64,000 nt of DNA, taken from the NCBI GenBank assembly GCA_035438245.1, contig DAORHX010000001.1, positions 6,606-70,605 of the forward strand. Reading direction: 5' to 3'. The DNA is from Rubrivivax sp. (GTDB taxonomy: Bacteria > Pseudomonadota > Gammaproteobacteria > Burkholderiales > Burkholderiaceae_C). Shown in pieces: positions 1 to 11,589 of the stretch; position 1 is the first letter of the stretch; each line of letters opens with the position of its first letter. Both the position numbers and the translations under genes were made by a program. A model generated the notes under the pieces. That model saw only the letters and a program-made list of their open reading frames with translations. It was not told the origin of the DNA and made no database searches.

Positions 1-96
1 GGCGGAGCCCAAAAGGGCAAGCACGACCGCATGCCTTGCCGATCGCGATGGATCGGCAGGTGCTCGAAAGGATGGCGTCGACGGGTGCATCGGCAT
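1..96 (-). CDS. Possible N-terminus of a secreted protein running off the left edge
   Basis: ATG at 96 or 90 on the minus strand reads MPMHPSTPSFRAPADPSRSARHAVVLALLGSA to the edge (basic then hydrophobic, signal-peptide-like). Only 32 codons visible. Confidence 0.25.
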   Translation of the reverse strand, partial: MPMHPSTPSFRAPADPSRSARHAVVLALLGSA

Positions 97-576
97 CGGG
101 TGCCGGCACGGCATCGGCTCGGCTTGCGACGCGCTTCAGGGAGCGCCCGGCAATGAACGCCGGTGGATCACAAGCAAGGCTCTACGAACAGGTTCCACCA
201 AGCCACGACCTCGAGGGTCATGGCCAGCCCGATTCAAGGATCGGGCCTTCGGGGGCAGGTAACGACTGCGACGCCTTTCGCTCCGCGAAGGGAGCTGGCC
301 ATTAGGAGCGGCCATCGGGAGCCGACAGTGGACTACGGCCCGCGACCCAGGTCAATACGGGGCATCGGCAAACGGCGCGAATTCCGGGTGCTTTCGTGTG
401 GCGTTGAACGGCGGCGAAATGGGGCTCCATTTTCAGATCGACTGCCGAGGCTGCTTCGCCCCAGGGCTTGACATGAATGGGCTTGGCCTCTGGTTCGGAG
501 CCGGGGCGCCGCTGGGTGATGGTCGAGCGTATGGACGAAAGCACGCTCGGTGCCGGGCAAGGCGAGCAACTGTGAG

Positions 577-2224
577 CCTAAATCCGGCAGTTCAGCTGGT
601 ACAGGCGGCGGCTGAGCCAGGGCTGGTGCGGTGCTGATGGGTTTTGGCAAACTCACCCGATGGGTGAGTCAAGACGCAAGGCGCTTGTGGCGCGCCGAGA
701 GGCTGGCGATGCGAGCCCGACGCCGCAGCTGGTGGACACACTGGGTGGGCGCATGCATGTGCGCTGGGACGAGCACGCGGCGGCCACGCCCAACGGCCAG
801 CTCGTCTTCTTCGCCGAGTTCCTGGCGAGCACCGGCGTGTTCGACCGCTGGGTGTCATCGTGCCCGCTGTCGTACCGCAGCGGCAACGCACCGGACAAGC
901 GCGACGTGCTGGGCACGCTGATGCTGGCGATGCTGGCCGGGCACAAGCGCTACGCGCACATCACCGCGCTGCGCGGCGATGCGGTGGCCGCGCAGGCGCT
1001 GGGCATGGGCAGGATCGTCAGCGAAGACGCGCTGCGCCGGGCCATGGAGCGCATCGACGAGGCGGCCAGCACCGCGTGGATGCGCCCCAGCCTGATGCAC
1101 TCGGTACGCGAAGCGCTGGATCGGCCGTGGGTGCTGGACATCGATGCCAGCATCAAACCGCTGTACGGGCGCCAAGAAGGCGCCGAGGTCGGCTACAACC
1201 CGGCCAAGCCGATGCGCCCCAGCCACGTGCTGCACACCTTCTTGGTGGGCAACCTGCGCCTGGTGCTGGATGTGCAGGTCTCAACCGGCAAGCAGCACAC
1301 CAGCGCTCATGCCAAGGCCGCACTCGGGCAGTTGCTGGACGAACTCGGTGACAAGCGTCCGGCACTCGTGCGCGGCGACTCGGGTTACGGCAACGAAGGC
1401 ATCTTGCTGGAGCTCGAACAGCGCGGCCAGCGCTACCTGCTGCGGCTGCGCCAGACGGCCAACGTCAAGCGCCTGGTGGCCATGGCCTTCGGCCGCACGG
1501 ACTGGAGCCCAGCGGATGCCCAGGGCTGCCAGATGATCGAAGGCCAGGTGCGGCTGCACGGTTGGAGCCGAACGCGCCGCGTGGTCATCGTGCGCCAGCG
1601 CGTGCGCGGCGGTATCGCACGAGAGCGCCGCATCGACGAAGGCCGCCAACTGCAGCTGGACTTGGAGCCTGCCGTGTTCCAAGCCGGCGACAAGCTGTGG
1701 GAGTACGCGGTTCTGGTAACGGACGTGGACTACCCCATCGAGTCGGTGGCGCAGGTGTACCGCGACCGGGCTGATGCCGAGAACGCGTTCGACGAGCTGA
1801 AGAACCAGTGGGGCCTGAGCGGCTTCACCACGCAGGACATCAACCGCTGCCAGACCATGGCCCGGGCCTGTGCGCTGGTCTACAACTGGTGGAGTTGGTA
1901 CTGCCGTGCGGCACGCCCCGGCGCACGCATGGAGGCCATCACCAGCCGCCCGCTGCTGCTGGCCGCGGTGGGCAAGGCGGTCAACCACGCCAACCAGACG
2001 ACGCTGTACCTGACGCCGCTGCATGGCAAGGCGCAGATGCTCAAGACGCTCATTGCCAATATCGGCGAGGCTTTGCAGCACGTTCGGCAAGCTGCGGAGC
2101 AGTTCGCCCAAGCTGACCGCTGGACGCTACTGCTGCGCTATGTCAGCGACAAGATCGCGCCCACACTGCGCCCGTTTCAGCCTCCCAATGCGCTGCCAGC
2201 CACGGGGTAACTGCCGGATTTAGG
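577..2224 (+). mobile_element. IS1380-family insertion sequence, 1648 bp
   Basis: Perfect 16-bp terminal inverted repeats CCTAAATCCGGCAGTT (577-592) and AACTGCCGGATTTAGG (2209-2224). Direct repeat GTGAG at 572-576 and 2225-2229. A single transposase fills the element. Confidence 0.93.
660..2210 (+). CDS. IS1380-family DDE transposase
   Basis: 516 aa; VLDIDAS, VRGDSGY and YRDRADAENAFDELK DDE-type motifs; stop codon lies inside the right TIR. Confidence 0.9.
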   Translation: MGESRRKALVARREAGDASPTPQLVDTLGGRMHVRWDEHAAATPNGQLVFFAEFLASTGVFDRWVSSCPLSYRSGNAPDKRDVLGTLMLAMLAGHKRYAHITALRGDAVAAQALGMGRIVSEDALRRAMERIDEAASTAWMRPSLMHSVREALDRPWVLDIDASIKPLYGRQEGAEVGYNPAKPMRPSHVLHTFLVGNLRLVLDVQVSTGKQHTSAHAKAALGQLLDELGDKRPALVRGDSGYGNEGILLELEQRGQRYLLRLRQTANVKRLVAMAFGRTDWSPADAQGCQMIEGQVRLHGWSRTRRVVIVRQRVRGGIARERRIDEGRQLQLDLEPAVFQAGDKLWEYAVLVTDVDYPIESVAQVYRDRADAENAFDELKNQWGLSGFTTQDINRCQTMARACALVYNWWSWYCRAARPGARMEAITSRPLLLAAVGKAVNHANQTTLYLTPLHGKAQMLKTLIANIGEALQHVRQAAEQFAQADRWTLLLRYVSDKIAPTLRPFQPPNALPATG

Positions 2225-2394
2225 GTGAGTGGAGTGCTCCTGCAGTGTGATCTCGTGGCCCGCACAGGCCCCACCGCAGAGGCGGCAAGTGCGGGTGCAA
2301 TTGCAGTCGGGTGTCACCCCGCTCGCACCTGAGCGCTCGGTTGACGGCGCAACAACGCATGCGAGCGTGAGCGAATCAACTCGAGGAGCCCGGC

Positions 2395-2913
2395 ATGAGC
2401 ACCTTCTACTGGGTCAGCGGCCAACTGACCGAAGTCCATCGCTTCATCAACGTGCCGATGCGCTGGTGCGAACAGTACCCGGCGCGTGAACGGCGCGAGC
2501 TATGGATCGGCACGACGGAAGGGCGGGACGTCAAGATCGTCATCCACAGCCGCTTTCTGCCGGCGCGGCGCGGACATGACGTCAGCACCCTGCTGCTCGG
2601 CGACCTGCCGGTCGGCCTGTTCAACCGGAGCACCGGGGAGGGCATCAACTTCGTCCGCATCGACCCGCCGTTATTGTGGCGCCGATGCGATGCTGTGGTC
2701 GTTGCCGGGGCAGCGGCGGTCGGGATCGCCGCATACGCGCTTTCGTCATGGTCGTGGCTCCTCGCGGGCATGCCTGCTGCGGTGGTGTACGGGGCGGGTG
2801 CCTTTGGCCTCCGTCTGTTGTGGCGTTGGGTGGTCCGCGCGCAGGTCGATCGCGTCTTGGACCGCGAGGCGAGCGTCGTCAATGCGCGCTCGAAGCTGCG
2901 CCGGGTGAAGTAG
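2395..2913 (+). CDS. Hypothetical membrane protein
   Basis: 172 aa, GAGGAG RBS upstream, two C-terminal hydrophobic segments. Confidence 0.65.
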   Translation: MSTFYWVSGQLTEVHRFINVPMRWCEQYPARERRELWIGTTEGRDVKIVIHSRFLPARRGHDVSTLLLGDLPVGLFNRSTGEGINFVRIDPPLLWRRCDAVVVAGAAAVGIAAYALSSWSWLLAGMPAAVVYGAGAFGLRLLWRWVVRAQVDRVLDREASVVNARSKLRRVK

Positions 2914-3119
2914 GTTGATGGTGAGGCAGCCTGGTGCTGGCAAGTGAAGGTGCATGAGTGCTGCAAATCATCGGACGACCGTGAAGTCCATCCGAGTATT
3001 TGAAGCATGCCCGCTCCAGCCGTCGTTACCCAGCGCGACCTGGCGCTGGCGCAGCTCACGCGCCACGGCTTGGCTCGGCGCGCAGACTTCCGCGGCGCCG
3101 CGTCACGGCTACCACCGTG

Positions 3120-3406
3120 AGCGGCGATGCTCGCCGTACCCGATCACGCCGAACGGCGCGCCGCAGCAGAAGCGCTTCGTGTGCCGCGCGTTGCTCGAAA
3201 CCTATCGCAAGCTGTTCCGGTATGCGGACATCCCTTGCATCTGCACCCAGTCCGCGCGGCTGACGCTGATGTCCAGGATGTACGAGCGCGGCGCCGACGA
3301 GTACCAGGTCGGCGAGGTGCTCGGCATCGCCGAGCGCAGCGCCGTGCGCGAGCAGCTCGCACGACCGCGACCCTCGCTGGCGCAGCTGCTCGACGAGATG
3401 GTCTGA
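3120..3406 (+). pseudogene. C-terminal remnant of a tyrosine recombinase/site-specific integrase
   Basis: CRALLETYRKLFRYADIPCICTQSARLTLMSRMYERGADEYQVGEVLGI resembles the degenerate box-II region of integrases found beside DUF1173 genes. No plausible N-terminal domain; 5' limit approximate. Confidence 0.5.
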
Positions 3407-3410
3407 AGCG

Positions 3411-4641
3411 ATGAACGACGCGCGGCGCTTCGCGATCGATGGCCGGCTGATCGACGCCGACGACCGGCAACTTCAGCAGGCCTTGGCACGGGCCTACCAC
3501 TAGCCGGCGCGACCGCGCTGCCTGTGCATCCCCGGCGGCGTGGAGATGTACATCGCGCGGCACCGTGAGTTGCGTGGTCAAGCGCATGCCTGCCACCGGG
3601 CACCTGCACCACCTCGGCTGCCTATCGTTCGAACCCGAGCCGAGCCGATCGGGCCTGGGCGAGCTGATCGGCGAGGCTGTCCGGGAAGTCGAACCTGGAC
3701 TCGTCGAGTTGAGGGTGGATTTTCCGCGGACGCGCTTGATGCGCCGAGGTGCCGACCGCACGGAACCGAAGGAGATCACCGAGGTCGAGCAGCCACGCCG
3801 CCGCATGAGTCTGCGCGCGTTCACGCATTTCCTTTTCGAGCGGGCCGGCTTCAACCGGTGGAGCCCGGCCATGGAGGGCAAGCGCAACCAGGGCGTGATC
3901 CACAAGTACTTAATGGAGGCCGCCGATGGACTACTCGTCAAGGGCGAAGCGCTGGGCGCGAGGTTGTATGTCCTGGAGCCGTTCAGCGAGCAGCGCAAGG
4001 CCGAGATTGCCCAACGGCGACGCCGCAAGCTGTCCATCCTGAATCCGCACGGCGGAAGCCAGCCGATGGCTGTCGTGCTCGGCGAATTCAAGGCGTGCGA
4101 GGCATCACCGGCGGGTAGGCGCATCTGGATCCGCCGCATGCCGGACGCGCCATTGCTGATCTCGGAGCAGCTTTGGTGGCGTGCCGTTCGAACTTTCGGT
4201 CCGCTGTTCGAGGCGCGTGATGCCGATAGCGGCGTTGGTGTTCGACTCGTGGCTACCACACTGATCCGAGCCCGCTGGGAGCATACGTATGAGGTCGATT
4301 CCCTCAGCCTGATGTTGGCCAGCGAGCAATGGATACCCGTGGAGGGAGTGCACGAGATACTGTTGATCAAGGTGCTGGTCGAGCAAAGGAGGCGGTTCTT
4401 CAAGCCCACTTCGCTACGACGCCAGAAGCAGTTCGGTTTATGCGAATGTGCTGCTTGTCGATGCAGGCGCCGCGGCCGTGCCGATGCACATCTTCAGCCC
4501 ATTCATGAACAGAATGGACGCTTGGCGAAAGAGCGTGCAGTTGCTGCGGACAGCGCTTTGGCATGGGTGTGGTCGACCGATTGCGAGATGCCGGTGCTGC
4601 CGCCGTCGTCGTGCCCTTGGTTGACAGCGACTCGACCGTGA
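3411..4641 (+). pseudogene. DUF1173-family protein, pseudogene
   Basis: ATG 3411; in-frame TAG at 3501-3503; then PRCLCIPGGVEMYIAR; frameshift near 3570 into VVKRMPATGHLHHLGCLSFEP; further frameshifts near 4408 (KP/LRYDA) and about 4515. Confidence 0.75.
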
Positions 4642-4667
4642 CTTGTACGCCGTTGTGTCTGTCGTAC

Positions 4668-7600
4668 CTACATGCTCCTGCGGTACTGCCCGCCCACAGC
4701 GAACAGCGCGTTGGTGATCTGGCCGAGGGAGCAGCAGCGCACTGCCTCCATCAGCACCTCGAAGACGTTGCCATTGTCGATCACAGCGGCTTGCAGCCGC
4801 TTCAGCATCGCCGGCGCCTCGGCCGCATGGCGGGCGTGGAAGTCCTGCAGCCGCTTCAGCTGGCTCTGCTTTTCCTCCTCGGTGCTGCGCGCCAGCTCCA
4901 GCGCGGTCGGCACCGGGTCGCCATACGGGTTGCGGAAGGTGTTGACGCCGATGATGGGGTACTCGCCGGTGTGCTTGAGCATCTCGTAGTGCATGCTCTC
5001 TTCCTGTATCTTGCCGCGCTGGTAGCCGGTCTCCATCGCGCCCAGCACGCCGCCGCGCTCGGCGATCTTCTCGAACTCGGCCAGCACCGCTTCTTCGACC
5101 AGCTCGGTCAGCTCGTCGATGACGAACGCGCCCTGGTTCGGGTTCTCGTTCTTCGCCAGGCCCCATTCGCGGTTGATGATCAGTTGGATCGCCATCGCGC
5201 GGCGCACGCTGTCTTCCGTCGGCGTGGTGATGGCCTCGTCGAAGGCGTTGGTGTGCAGGCTGTTGCAGTTGTCGTAGATGGCGATCAGCGCCTGCAGCGT
5301 GGTGCGGATGTCGTTGAACTGGATCTCCTGCGCGTGCAGGCTGCGGCCGGAAGTCTGCACGTGGTACTTCAGCTTCTGGCTGCGTTCGTTGGCGCCGTAG
5401 CGGTCGCGCATCGCGGTGGCCCAGATGCGCCGCGCCACGCGGCCCATCACCGTGTACTCCGGGTCCATGCCGTTGCTGAAGAAGAAGCTCAGGTTCGGCG
5501 CGAAGTCGTCGATGTGCATGCCGCGCGCCAGGTAGGCCTCGACGAAGGTGAAGCCGTTGCTTAGCGTGAAGGCCAGCTGGCTGATCGGGTTGGCACCGGC
5601 TTCGGCGATGTGATAACCCGAGATGCTGACCGAGTAGAAGTTACGCACCTTGTGGTGCACGAAGTATTCGGCGATGTCGCCCATCACCTTCAGGCTGAAC
5701 TCGGTGCTGAAGATGCAGGTGTTCTGGCCCTGGTCTTCCTTCAGGATGTCGGCCTGCACCGTGCCGCGCACGTTCTCCAGCACCCAGGCGCGGATCTTGG
5801 CCGCCTCGTCGTCGGTGGGCTCGCGCTGGTTGTCGGCGCGGAACTTGTCCAGGTTCTGGTCGATGGCGGTGTTCATGAACATCGCCAGGATCGTCGGCGC
5901 CGGGCCGTTGATCGTCATGCTCACCGAGGTCGCCGGGTGCGTCAGGTCGAAGCCGCCGTACAGCACCTTCATGTCCTCCAGCGTGGCGATGCTGACGCCG
6001 CTGTTGCCCACCTTGCCGTAGATGTCGGGCCGCAGGTCCGGGTCGTTGCCGTACAGCGTCACCGAGTCGAAGGCGGTGCTCAGCCGCTTGGCCGGCATGC
6101 CTTCAGACAGCAGCTTGAAGCGCCGGTTGGTGCGGAAGGCGTCGCCCTCGCCAGCGAACATGCGTGTCGGGTCCTCGTTCTCGCGCTTGAAGGCGAAGGT
6201 GCCGGCGGTGTACGGGAAGCTGCCCGGCACGTTCTCCAGCATCAGCCACTTCAGCAGTTCGCCATGGTCCTCGTAGGCCGGCAGTGCCACCTTGCGGATC
6301 TTGTTGCCCGACAGCGTGGTGTGCACGAGCGCGGTGCGGATCTCCTTGTCGCGGATCTTCACCACGTACTCGTCGCCGGCATAGGCCTGCTGCATGTCCG
6401 GCCACATCGCCAGCAGCTTCTTCGAATGCGCGTCCAGGCCGGCCTCGCGCGTCTGCGCCAGGTCCATCACGGCTTCGACCGCGCGGTGGCGCTCGGGCTT
6501 GTCGGTCTGCAGCATCGCGGCGCTGGCCTTGAGCTGCTGCACCTCGCGCGCCAGCTTGGCCTGCGCGCGCGCATGGCGCTTGTAGCCGCGCACCGTGTCG
6601 GCGATGTCGGCCAGGTAGCGCGCACGCGCGCCGGGCACGATCGGCACCTGGTGCGTGCTGTGGCGCGTGGCCACCGCCGGCAGCGTGCCCTCGGTCAGCT
6701 TCAGGCCGAGCGCACCCAGACGCGGCTTCAGCGCCTGGTACAGCGCGGTCACGCCATCGTCGTTGAAGCGGCTGGCCATGGTGCCGAACACCGGCATCTG
6801 CTCTGGCGGCTGCTTGAAGGCCTCGCGGTTTCGCTGCACCTGCTTGGCCACATCGCGCAGCGCGTCGGCCGCGCCCTTGCGGTCGAACTTGTTGATGGCC
6901 ACGAACTCGGCGAAGTCGAGCATGTCGATCTTCTCCAGCTGGCTGGCCGCGCCGTATTCCGGCGTCATCACATACATCGGCACGTCCACCAACGGCACGA
7001 TCGCCGCATCGCCCTGGCCGATGCCCGAGGTCTCGACCACGATCAGGTCGAAGCCGGCCGCTTTGCAGGCCGCCACCACGTCGGGCAGCGCCTGGCTGAT
7101 CTCGCTGCCCGCGTCGCGCGTCGCCAGGCTGCGCATGTAGACACGCTGGCCGTCGTCGTCGCCGCTGGCCGCACGCCACGGGCCGATGGCGTTCATGCGG
7201 ATGCGGTCGCCGAGCAGCGCGCCGCCGCTCTTGCGGCGGCTGGGGTCGATGCTGATGACGGCAATCTGCAGCGCATCGCCTTGGTCCAGCCGCAGGCGGC
7301 GGATCAGCTCGTCGGTCAGGCTGCTCTTGCCCGCGCCGCCGGTGCCGGTGATGCCGAGCACGGGGGTGCGGATGTCCTTGGCTGCGGCCTGCAGCTCGTC
7401 CTTCAGCGCGGCCGGCGCCTTGCCGTTTTCCAGCGCGGTGATCAGTTGTGCCAGCGCGCGCCGCGCACCAGGGCCGCGGATCGCGGCCAGCTTCTTCGGC
7501 GCATGCGGCGACAGGTCCTGGTCGCTCCTCATCACCATCTCGCCGATCATGCCCTGCAGCCCCATGCGCTGGCCGTCCTCGGGGCTGTAGATGCGCGCCA

Positions 7601-7973
7601 CGCCGCTGGCCTGCAGCTCCTGGATCTCGGCCGGCACGATGACGCCGCCGCCACCGCCGAAGACCTTGATGTGCGCGCCACCGCGTTGCTTGAGCAGCTC
7701 GATCATGTACTTGAAGTACTCGACGTGGCCGCCCTGGTAGCTGCTGATGGCGATGCCCTGCACGTCTTCCTGCAGCGCGGCGGTCACCACCTCGTCCACC
7801 GAGCGGTTGTGGCCCAGGTGGATGACCTCGGCGCCCATGCCCTGCAGGATGCGCCGCATGATGTTGATGGCCGCGTCGTGGCCATCGAACAGCGATGCCG
7901 CCGTCACGAAACGCACCTTGTGCTTGGGCCGGTATTCGGCCAGCGCCTTGTATTCCGCAGAAAGATCGGTCAT
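4668..7973 (-). CDS. icmF: Fused isobutyryl-CoA mutase/G-protein chaperone (AdoCbl-dependent)
   Basis: N-terminal B12-binding FDGHDAAIN; MeaB-type GTPase ([19 protein letters not shown]); C-terminal mutase barrel ([28 protein letters not shown]). Start MTDLSAEY at 7973. Confidence 0.96.
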   Translation of the reverse strand: MTDLSAEYKALAEYRPKHKVRFVTAASLFDGHDAAINIMRRILQGMGAEVIHLGHNRSVDEVVTAALQEDVQGIAISSYQGGHVEYFKYMIELLKQRGGAHIKVFGGGGGVIVPAEIQELQASGVARIYSPEDGQRMGLQGMIGEMVMRSDQDLSPHAPKKLAAIRGPGARRALAQLITALENGKAPAALKDELQAAAKDIRTPVLGITGTGGAGKSSLTDELIRRLRLDQGDALQIAVISIDPSRRKSGGALLGDRIRMNAIGPWRAASGDDDGQRVYMRSLATRDAGSEISQALPDVVAACKAAGFDLIVVETSGIGQGDAAIVPLVDVPMYVMTPEYGAASQLEKIDMLDFAEFVAINKFDRKGAADALRDVAKQVQRNREAFKQPPEQMPVFGTMASRFNDDGVTALYQALKPRLGALGLKLTEGTLPAVATRHSTHQVPIVPGARARYLADIADTVRGYKRHARAQAKLAREVQQLKASAAMLQTDKPERHRAVEAVMDLAQTREAGLDAHSKKLLAMWPDMQQAYAGDEYVVKIRDKEIRTALVHTTLSGNKIRKVALPAYEDHGELLKWLMLENVPGSFPYTAGTFAFKRENEDPTRMFAGEGDAFRTNRRFKLLSEGMPAKRLSTAFDSVTLYGNDPDLRPDIYGKVGNSGVSIATLEDMKVLYGGFDLTHPATSVSMTINGPAPTILAMFMNTAIDQNLDKFRADNQREPTDDEAAKIRAWVLENVRGTVQADILKEDQGQNTCIFSTEFSLKVMGDIAEYFVHHKVRNFYSVSISGYHIAEAGANPISQLAFTLSNGFTFVEAYLARGMHIDDFAPNLSFFFSNGMDPEYTVMGRVARRIWATAMRDRYGANERSQKLKYHVQTSGRSLHAQEIQFNDIRTTLQALIAIYDNCNSLHTNAFDEAITTPTEDSVRRAMAIQLIINREWGLAKNENPNQGAFVIDELTELVEEAVLAEFEKIAERGGVLGAMETGYQRGKIQEESMHYEMLKHTGEYPIIGVNTFRNPYGDPVPTALELARSTEEEKQSQLKRLQDFHARHAAEAPAMLKRLQAAVIDNGNVFEVLMEAVRCCSLGQITNALFAVGGQYRRSM

Positions 7974-7986
7974 CGTCGCACCTGTA

Positions 7987-8919
7987 TCAGAGAGAGGCCA
8001 CCAGTTCCGGCACGGCGGTGAACAGATCGGCTTCGAGGCCATAGTCGGCAACGCTGAAGATCGGCGCCTCCGGGTCCTTGTTGATGGCCACGATGACCTT
8101 GCTGTCCTTCATGCCCGCCAGGTGCTGGATCGCCCCGCTGATGCCGCAGGCGATGTACAGCTGCGGTGCGACGATCTTGCCGGTCTGCCCCACCTGCCAG
8201 TCGTTGGGCGCATAGCCGGCGTCCACCGCGGCGCGGCTGGCGCCTAGCGCGGCCCCCAGCTTGTCGGCCAGCGGCGTCAGCACCTCGTTGAACTTCTCGC
8301 TGCTGCCCATCGCTCTTCCGCCGGAGACGATGATCTTGGCGGCGGTGAGCTCCGGCCGGTCGTTCTTGGCGATCTCGGCGCCGACGAAGCTCGACAGGCC
8401 GCTGTCGGGCGCCGCGGCGACGCTTTCCACCGCGGCGCTGCCGCCGCTGGCCGCCGCGGCGTCGAAGCCGGTGGTGCGTACCGTCAGCACCTTGACCGCA
8501 TCGGCGCTCTGCACGGTGGCGATGGCGTTGCCGGCATAGATCGGGCGCTCGAAGGTGTCCGGGCTGACCACCTTGGTGGCGTCGGAGATCTGCCCGACAT
8601 CGAGCTTGGCGGCCACGCGCGGGGCGACGTTCTTGCCGTGCGCGGTGGCCGGGAACAGGATGTGGCTGTAGTTCCCGGCGATCGCCAGCACCTGCGCGGC
8701 GACGTTCTCGGCCAGCTGTTCGGCCAGGCTGGCGCCGTCGGCGTGCAGCACCTTGGCCACGCCCTGGATCTGGGCGGCAGCCTGCGCCGCGCCGGCGGCG
8801 TTGTGGCCGGCCACCAGCACGTGCACCTCGGCGCCGCAGGCGATGGCCGCGGTGACGGTGTTCAGGGTGGCACCCTTCAGGGTGCCGTGGTCGTGTTCGG
8901 CGATGACGAGACTGCTCAT
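7987..8919 (-). CDS. etfA: Electron transfer flavoprotein alpha subunit
   Basis: [33 protein letters not shown] signature. Confidence 0.97.
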   Translation of the reverse strand: MSSLVIAEHDHGTLKGATLNTVTAAIACGAEVHVLVAGHNAAGAAQAAAQIQGVAKVLHADGASLAEQLAENVAAQVLAIAGNYSHILFPATAHGKNVAPRVAAKLDVGQISDATKVVSPDTFERPIYAGNAIATVQSADAVKVLTVRTTGFDAAAASGGSAAVESVAAAPDSGLSSFVGAEIAKNDRPELTAAKIIVSGGRAMGSSEKFNEVLTPLADKLGAALGASRAAVDAGYAPNDWQVGQTGKIVAPQLYIACGISGAIQHLAGMKDSKVIVAINKDPEAPIFSVADYGLEADLFTAVPELVASL

Positions 8920-8920
8920 T

Positions 8921-9670
8921 TCAGATCACCTTCGAGACGTTCTTCAGCTTGTCCACCAGCGTGGCCACATCGGGCACCTTGATGCCAGCGCCGCGCTTGG
9001 GCGGCTCGGCGACCTTCAGCGTCTTGATCTTGGAGGCCACGTCGACGCCCAGGTCGGAGGGCTTCACGACCTCCAGCGGCTTCTTCTTGGCCTTCATGAT
9101 GTTGGGCAGCGTGACGTAGCGCGGTTCGTTCAGGCGCAGGTCGGTGGTGACGATGGCCGGCAGCTTCAGCTTCACCGTCTCCAGGCCACCGTCGACTTCA
9201 CGGGTGACGCTGGCAGAACCGTCCGCCACTTCGACTTTGCTGGCGAAGGTGCCCTGCGGCCTGTCCAACAGCGCGGCCAGCATCTGGCCAGTCTGGTTGC
9301 AGTCGTCGTCGATCGCCTGCTTGCCCAGGATCACCAGGCCGGGCCGTTCCTTGTCGACCAGAGCCTTGAGCAGCTTGGCGACCGCCAGCGGCTGCAGTTC
9401 TTCGGTGCTCTCCACCAGGATCGCCCGGTCGGCGCCGATGGCCATGGCGGTGCGCAGCGTCTCCTGGCACTGCGTGACGCCGCAGGACACGGCGATGACC
9501 TCGGTGGCCACGCCCTTCTCCTTCAGCCGCACCGCCTCTTCGACGCCGATCTCGTCGAAGGGGTTCATGCTCATCTTCACGTTAGCGATGTCCACGCTCG
9601 TGCCGTCGCTCTTGACGCGCACCTTGACGTTGTAGTCGACCACCCGCTTCACCGGGACCAGAACCTTCAT
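8921..9670 (-). CDS. etfB: Electron transfer flavoprotein beta subunit
   Basis: [20 protein letters not shown]; [16 protein letters not shown]; DLRLNEPRY. Confidence 0.97.
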   Translation of the reverse strand: MKVLVPVKRVVDYNVKVRVKSDGTSVDIANVKMSMNPFDEIGVEEAVRLKEKGVATEVIAVSCGVTQCQETLRTAMAIGADRAILVESTEELQPLAVAKLLKALVDKERPGLVILGKQAIDDDCNQTGQMLAALLDRPQGTFASKVEVADGSASVTREVDGGLETVKLKLPAIVTTDLRLNEPRYVTLPNIMKAKKKPLEVVKPSDLGVDVASKIKTLKVAEPPKRGAGIKVPDVATLVDKLKNVSKVI

Positions 9671-9705
9671 TCGTGCTTCTCCTTGATGGTGTTACATCGC
9701 CGCGC

Positions 9706-10656
9706 TCAGCGCTGCAGCAGGTTGAGCCGCGCCAGCGTGACGCGCTCGGCCTCGACCGTGCGCTGCGCAAAGGCTTCGTACTCGGCGCTGCTCATCGGCA
9801 GGATCGGCATCTGGAAGCGCGCGAACGCGGCTTGCACCGACGCGTCGTCCAGCGCGGCCCGGAAGGCGTCGTGCAGCGTCTTCACGATCGCTGCATCGGT
9901 CCCCTTCGGCACGCCGATACCGAAGGGCGAATCGTTGACGATGTCCACGCCGGATTCACGCAGCGTGGGCACGTCGGGAAAGGCCGCCGCACGCTTCGAT
10001 CCCAGCGTGGCCAGCACACGGAGCTTGCCCGACTGCACGTGCGGCACGAACTCGGTGGTGCCGCTCATCATCTGCACTTGGCCGCTGAGCAGCGCCAGCA
10101 GCGCTTCGTTCGAGCCCTTGTAGGGCACGGCGGTCAGCTCCACGCCGGTCTTCAGCGCCAGTTCTTCCACCGCGAGATGGGGAGTGGTGCCGACCCCTGC
10201 ATGGCCGTAGGTGATGCTGCCCGGATGCTTGCGCGCGTCCACCAGCAGATCGCGCAGCGTACGCCAGGGCGAAGACGCCGGCACGGCGATGCCGAAGACA
10301 AAGCCCCCCAGGCCGGCAACGTAAGTGATGTCGCGCATCGGATCGAAGGTGGTCTTCTGCATCAGCGCGATGCGGAACACGGCCAGCGGCAGCAACGCCA
10401 CCATGTAGCCGTCCGGCTTGGCGCCTGCCAGTGCCATCGCTCCCAGCGCGCCGCCTGCCCCTGCCTTGTTTTCGACGGTGACCGGCACGCCGAGCCGGCG
10501 CGAGACCGACTCGGCCAGCGCGCGGCAGATGACGTCGGTCGAGCCGCCCGGCACGGAAGGGGCGATCAACATGATCGGTCGCGTCGGGAAGGCCGCTTGC
10601 GCGCGAACACCGCCAGCCGCTGCGGCCAGAGCCGCAACGAAGGAACGACGATCCAT
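9706..10656 (-). CDS. Bug/TctC tripartite tricarboxylate transporter substrate-binding protein
   Basis: RR-type signal; FPTRPIMLIAPSVPGGSTD, VENKAGAGG, VPYKGS, PDVPTLRESG. Confidence 0.9.
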   Translation of the reverse strand: MDRRSFVAALAAAAGGVRAQAAFPTRPIMLIAPSVPGGSTDVICRALAESVSRRLGVPVTVENKAGAGGALGAMALAGAKPDGYMVALLPLAVFRIALMQKTTFDPMRDITYVAGLGGFVFGIAVPASSPWRTLRDLLVDARKHPGSITYGHAGVGTTPHLAVEELALKTGVELTAVPYKGSNEALLALLSGQVQMMSGTTEFVPHVQSGKLRVLATLGSKRAAAFPDVPTLRESGVDIVNDSPFGIGVPKGTDAAIVKTLHDAFRAALDDASVQAAFARFQMPILPMSSAEYEAFAQRTVEAERVTLARLNLLQR

Positions 10657-10660
10657 CGCT

Positions 10661-11563
10661 TCAGCCTGTGGAGCGCTGGGTCTTCTCCTGCTCGGCCCGG
10701 CCGCGCACCAGCGCCTTGGCCTCGGCCCAATCCTCGGGCGTCAGCTTGCCCAGCGCGGCGAAGGTCGACGGTGCGGCCAAATGGTGGCCGCCGTCGATGG
10801 CGATGTTCACACCGGTCAGGTATTCGCAGCCGTCGGCCTGCAGGAAGGTCAGCAGGTTGCACAGTTCGGGCATGCGGCCGAAGCGGCCCATCGGCACCTC
10901 GTCGGCAGAGGCTGCGCCGACATTGGCCTTGGGAATCGGCGCCAGCTTTTCCCATGCGCTTTCGGTAGGGAAGGGGCCCGGCGCCACCGCGTTGACGCGA
11001 ATGTTGTGCTTGCCCCACTCGACCGCCAGCGACATCGTCATCGCATGCACCGCGGTCTTGGCCATCGTGCTCGGCAGCACATAGGCCGAGCCGGTCCAGA
11101 CCCAGGTTACGAGCATGCTCACCACCGAACCGGGCAGACCCTGGGCAATCCAGCGCTTGCCGCAGGACAAGGTGGCGAACAGCGCGCCGTCCATGACTGT
11201 GGAGCGCACTGCGGCAAAGCCGCGCGGGCTGATGTCTACCGAGGGCGCGATGAAATTCGCCGCGGCGTTGTTGACCAACCCGGTAAGTGGCCCACCGGCC
11301 CAGATGCGCTCGACCATGGCGTCGATGGCATCGGCATCGCGCACATCGCAGATGTGGTACTCGGCGCTGCCACCGTGCTGCGCGGCTGCGCGCAGTTCCT
11401 CCACTGCGCCTTGCAGAACCGCCTCGCGTCGGCCGCAGATATGCACTGAGGCCCCGTGCGCGACGAAGTGTCGTGCCAGCTCCTTGCCCAGGCCGGTGCC
11501 CCCGCCGGTGATGAGGATGCGCTTGCCGGCAAGCACGTCGGGGCGGAAATTGGATGTGGTCAT
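10661..11563 (-). CDS. SDR, 2,4-dienoyl-CoA reductase (DECR)-like
   Basis: ITGGGTGLG, LVNNAAANFI; lacks the canonical Tyr in YxxxK (PSTMAK), as in DECR-type SDRs. Start MTTSNF at 11563. Confidence 0.8.
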   Translation of the reverse strand: MTTSNFRPDVLAGKRILITGGGTGLGKELARHFVAHGASVHICGRREAVLQGAVEELRAAAQHGGSAEYHICDVRDADAIDAMVERIWAGGPLTGLVNNAAANFIAPSVDISPRGFAAVRSTVMDGALFATLSCGKRWIAQGLPGSVVSMLVTWVWTGSAYVLPSTMAKTAVHAMTMSLAVEWGKHNIRVNAVAPGPFPTESAWEKLAPIPKANVGAASADEVPMGRFGRMPELCNLLTFLQADGCEYLTGVNIAIDGGHHLAAPSTFAALGKLTPEDWAEAKALVRGRAEQEKTQRSTG

Positions 11564-11589
11564 GACGGTCTCTTTAGCTTTCAGGCGGT

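Noticed and set aside
97-571. Short ORFs and a TTGACA hexamer (468-473) left of the IS
   Set aside because: No convincing coding signal or matching -10 element; I could not reconstruct an interrupted gene across the IS insertion site.
4668-7973. IcmF as a specialised pivalyl-CoA or 2-hydroxyisobutyryl-CoA mutase, or as the T6SS protein IcmF
   Set aside because: It keeps the PTRMFAGEG Phe and KEDQGQNT of standard IcmF, so sequence gives no sign of altered specificity. The secretion-system IcmF shares only the name.
5610-8021. 803-aa ORF and many other long antisense or alternative-frame ORFs (e.g. 30568-32613, 41533-43488, 47147-49021)
   Set aside because: Shadow ORFs of high-GC genes; they overlap well-supported CDSs and have no recognisable motifs.
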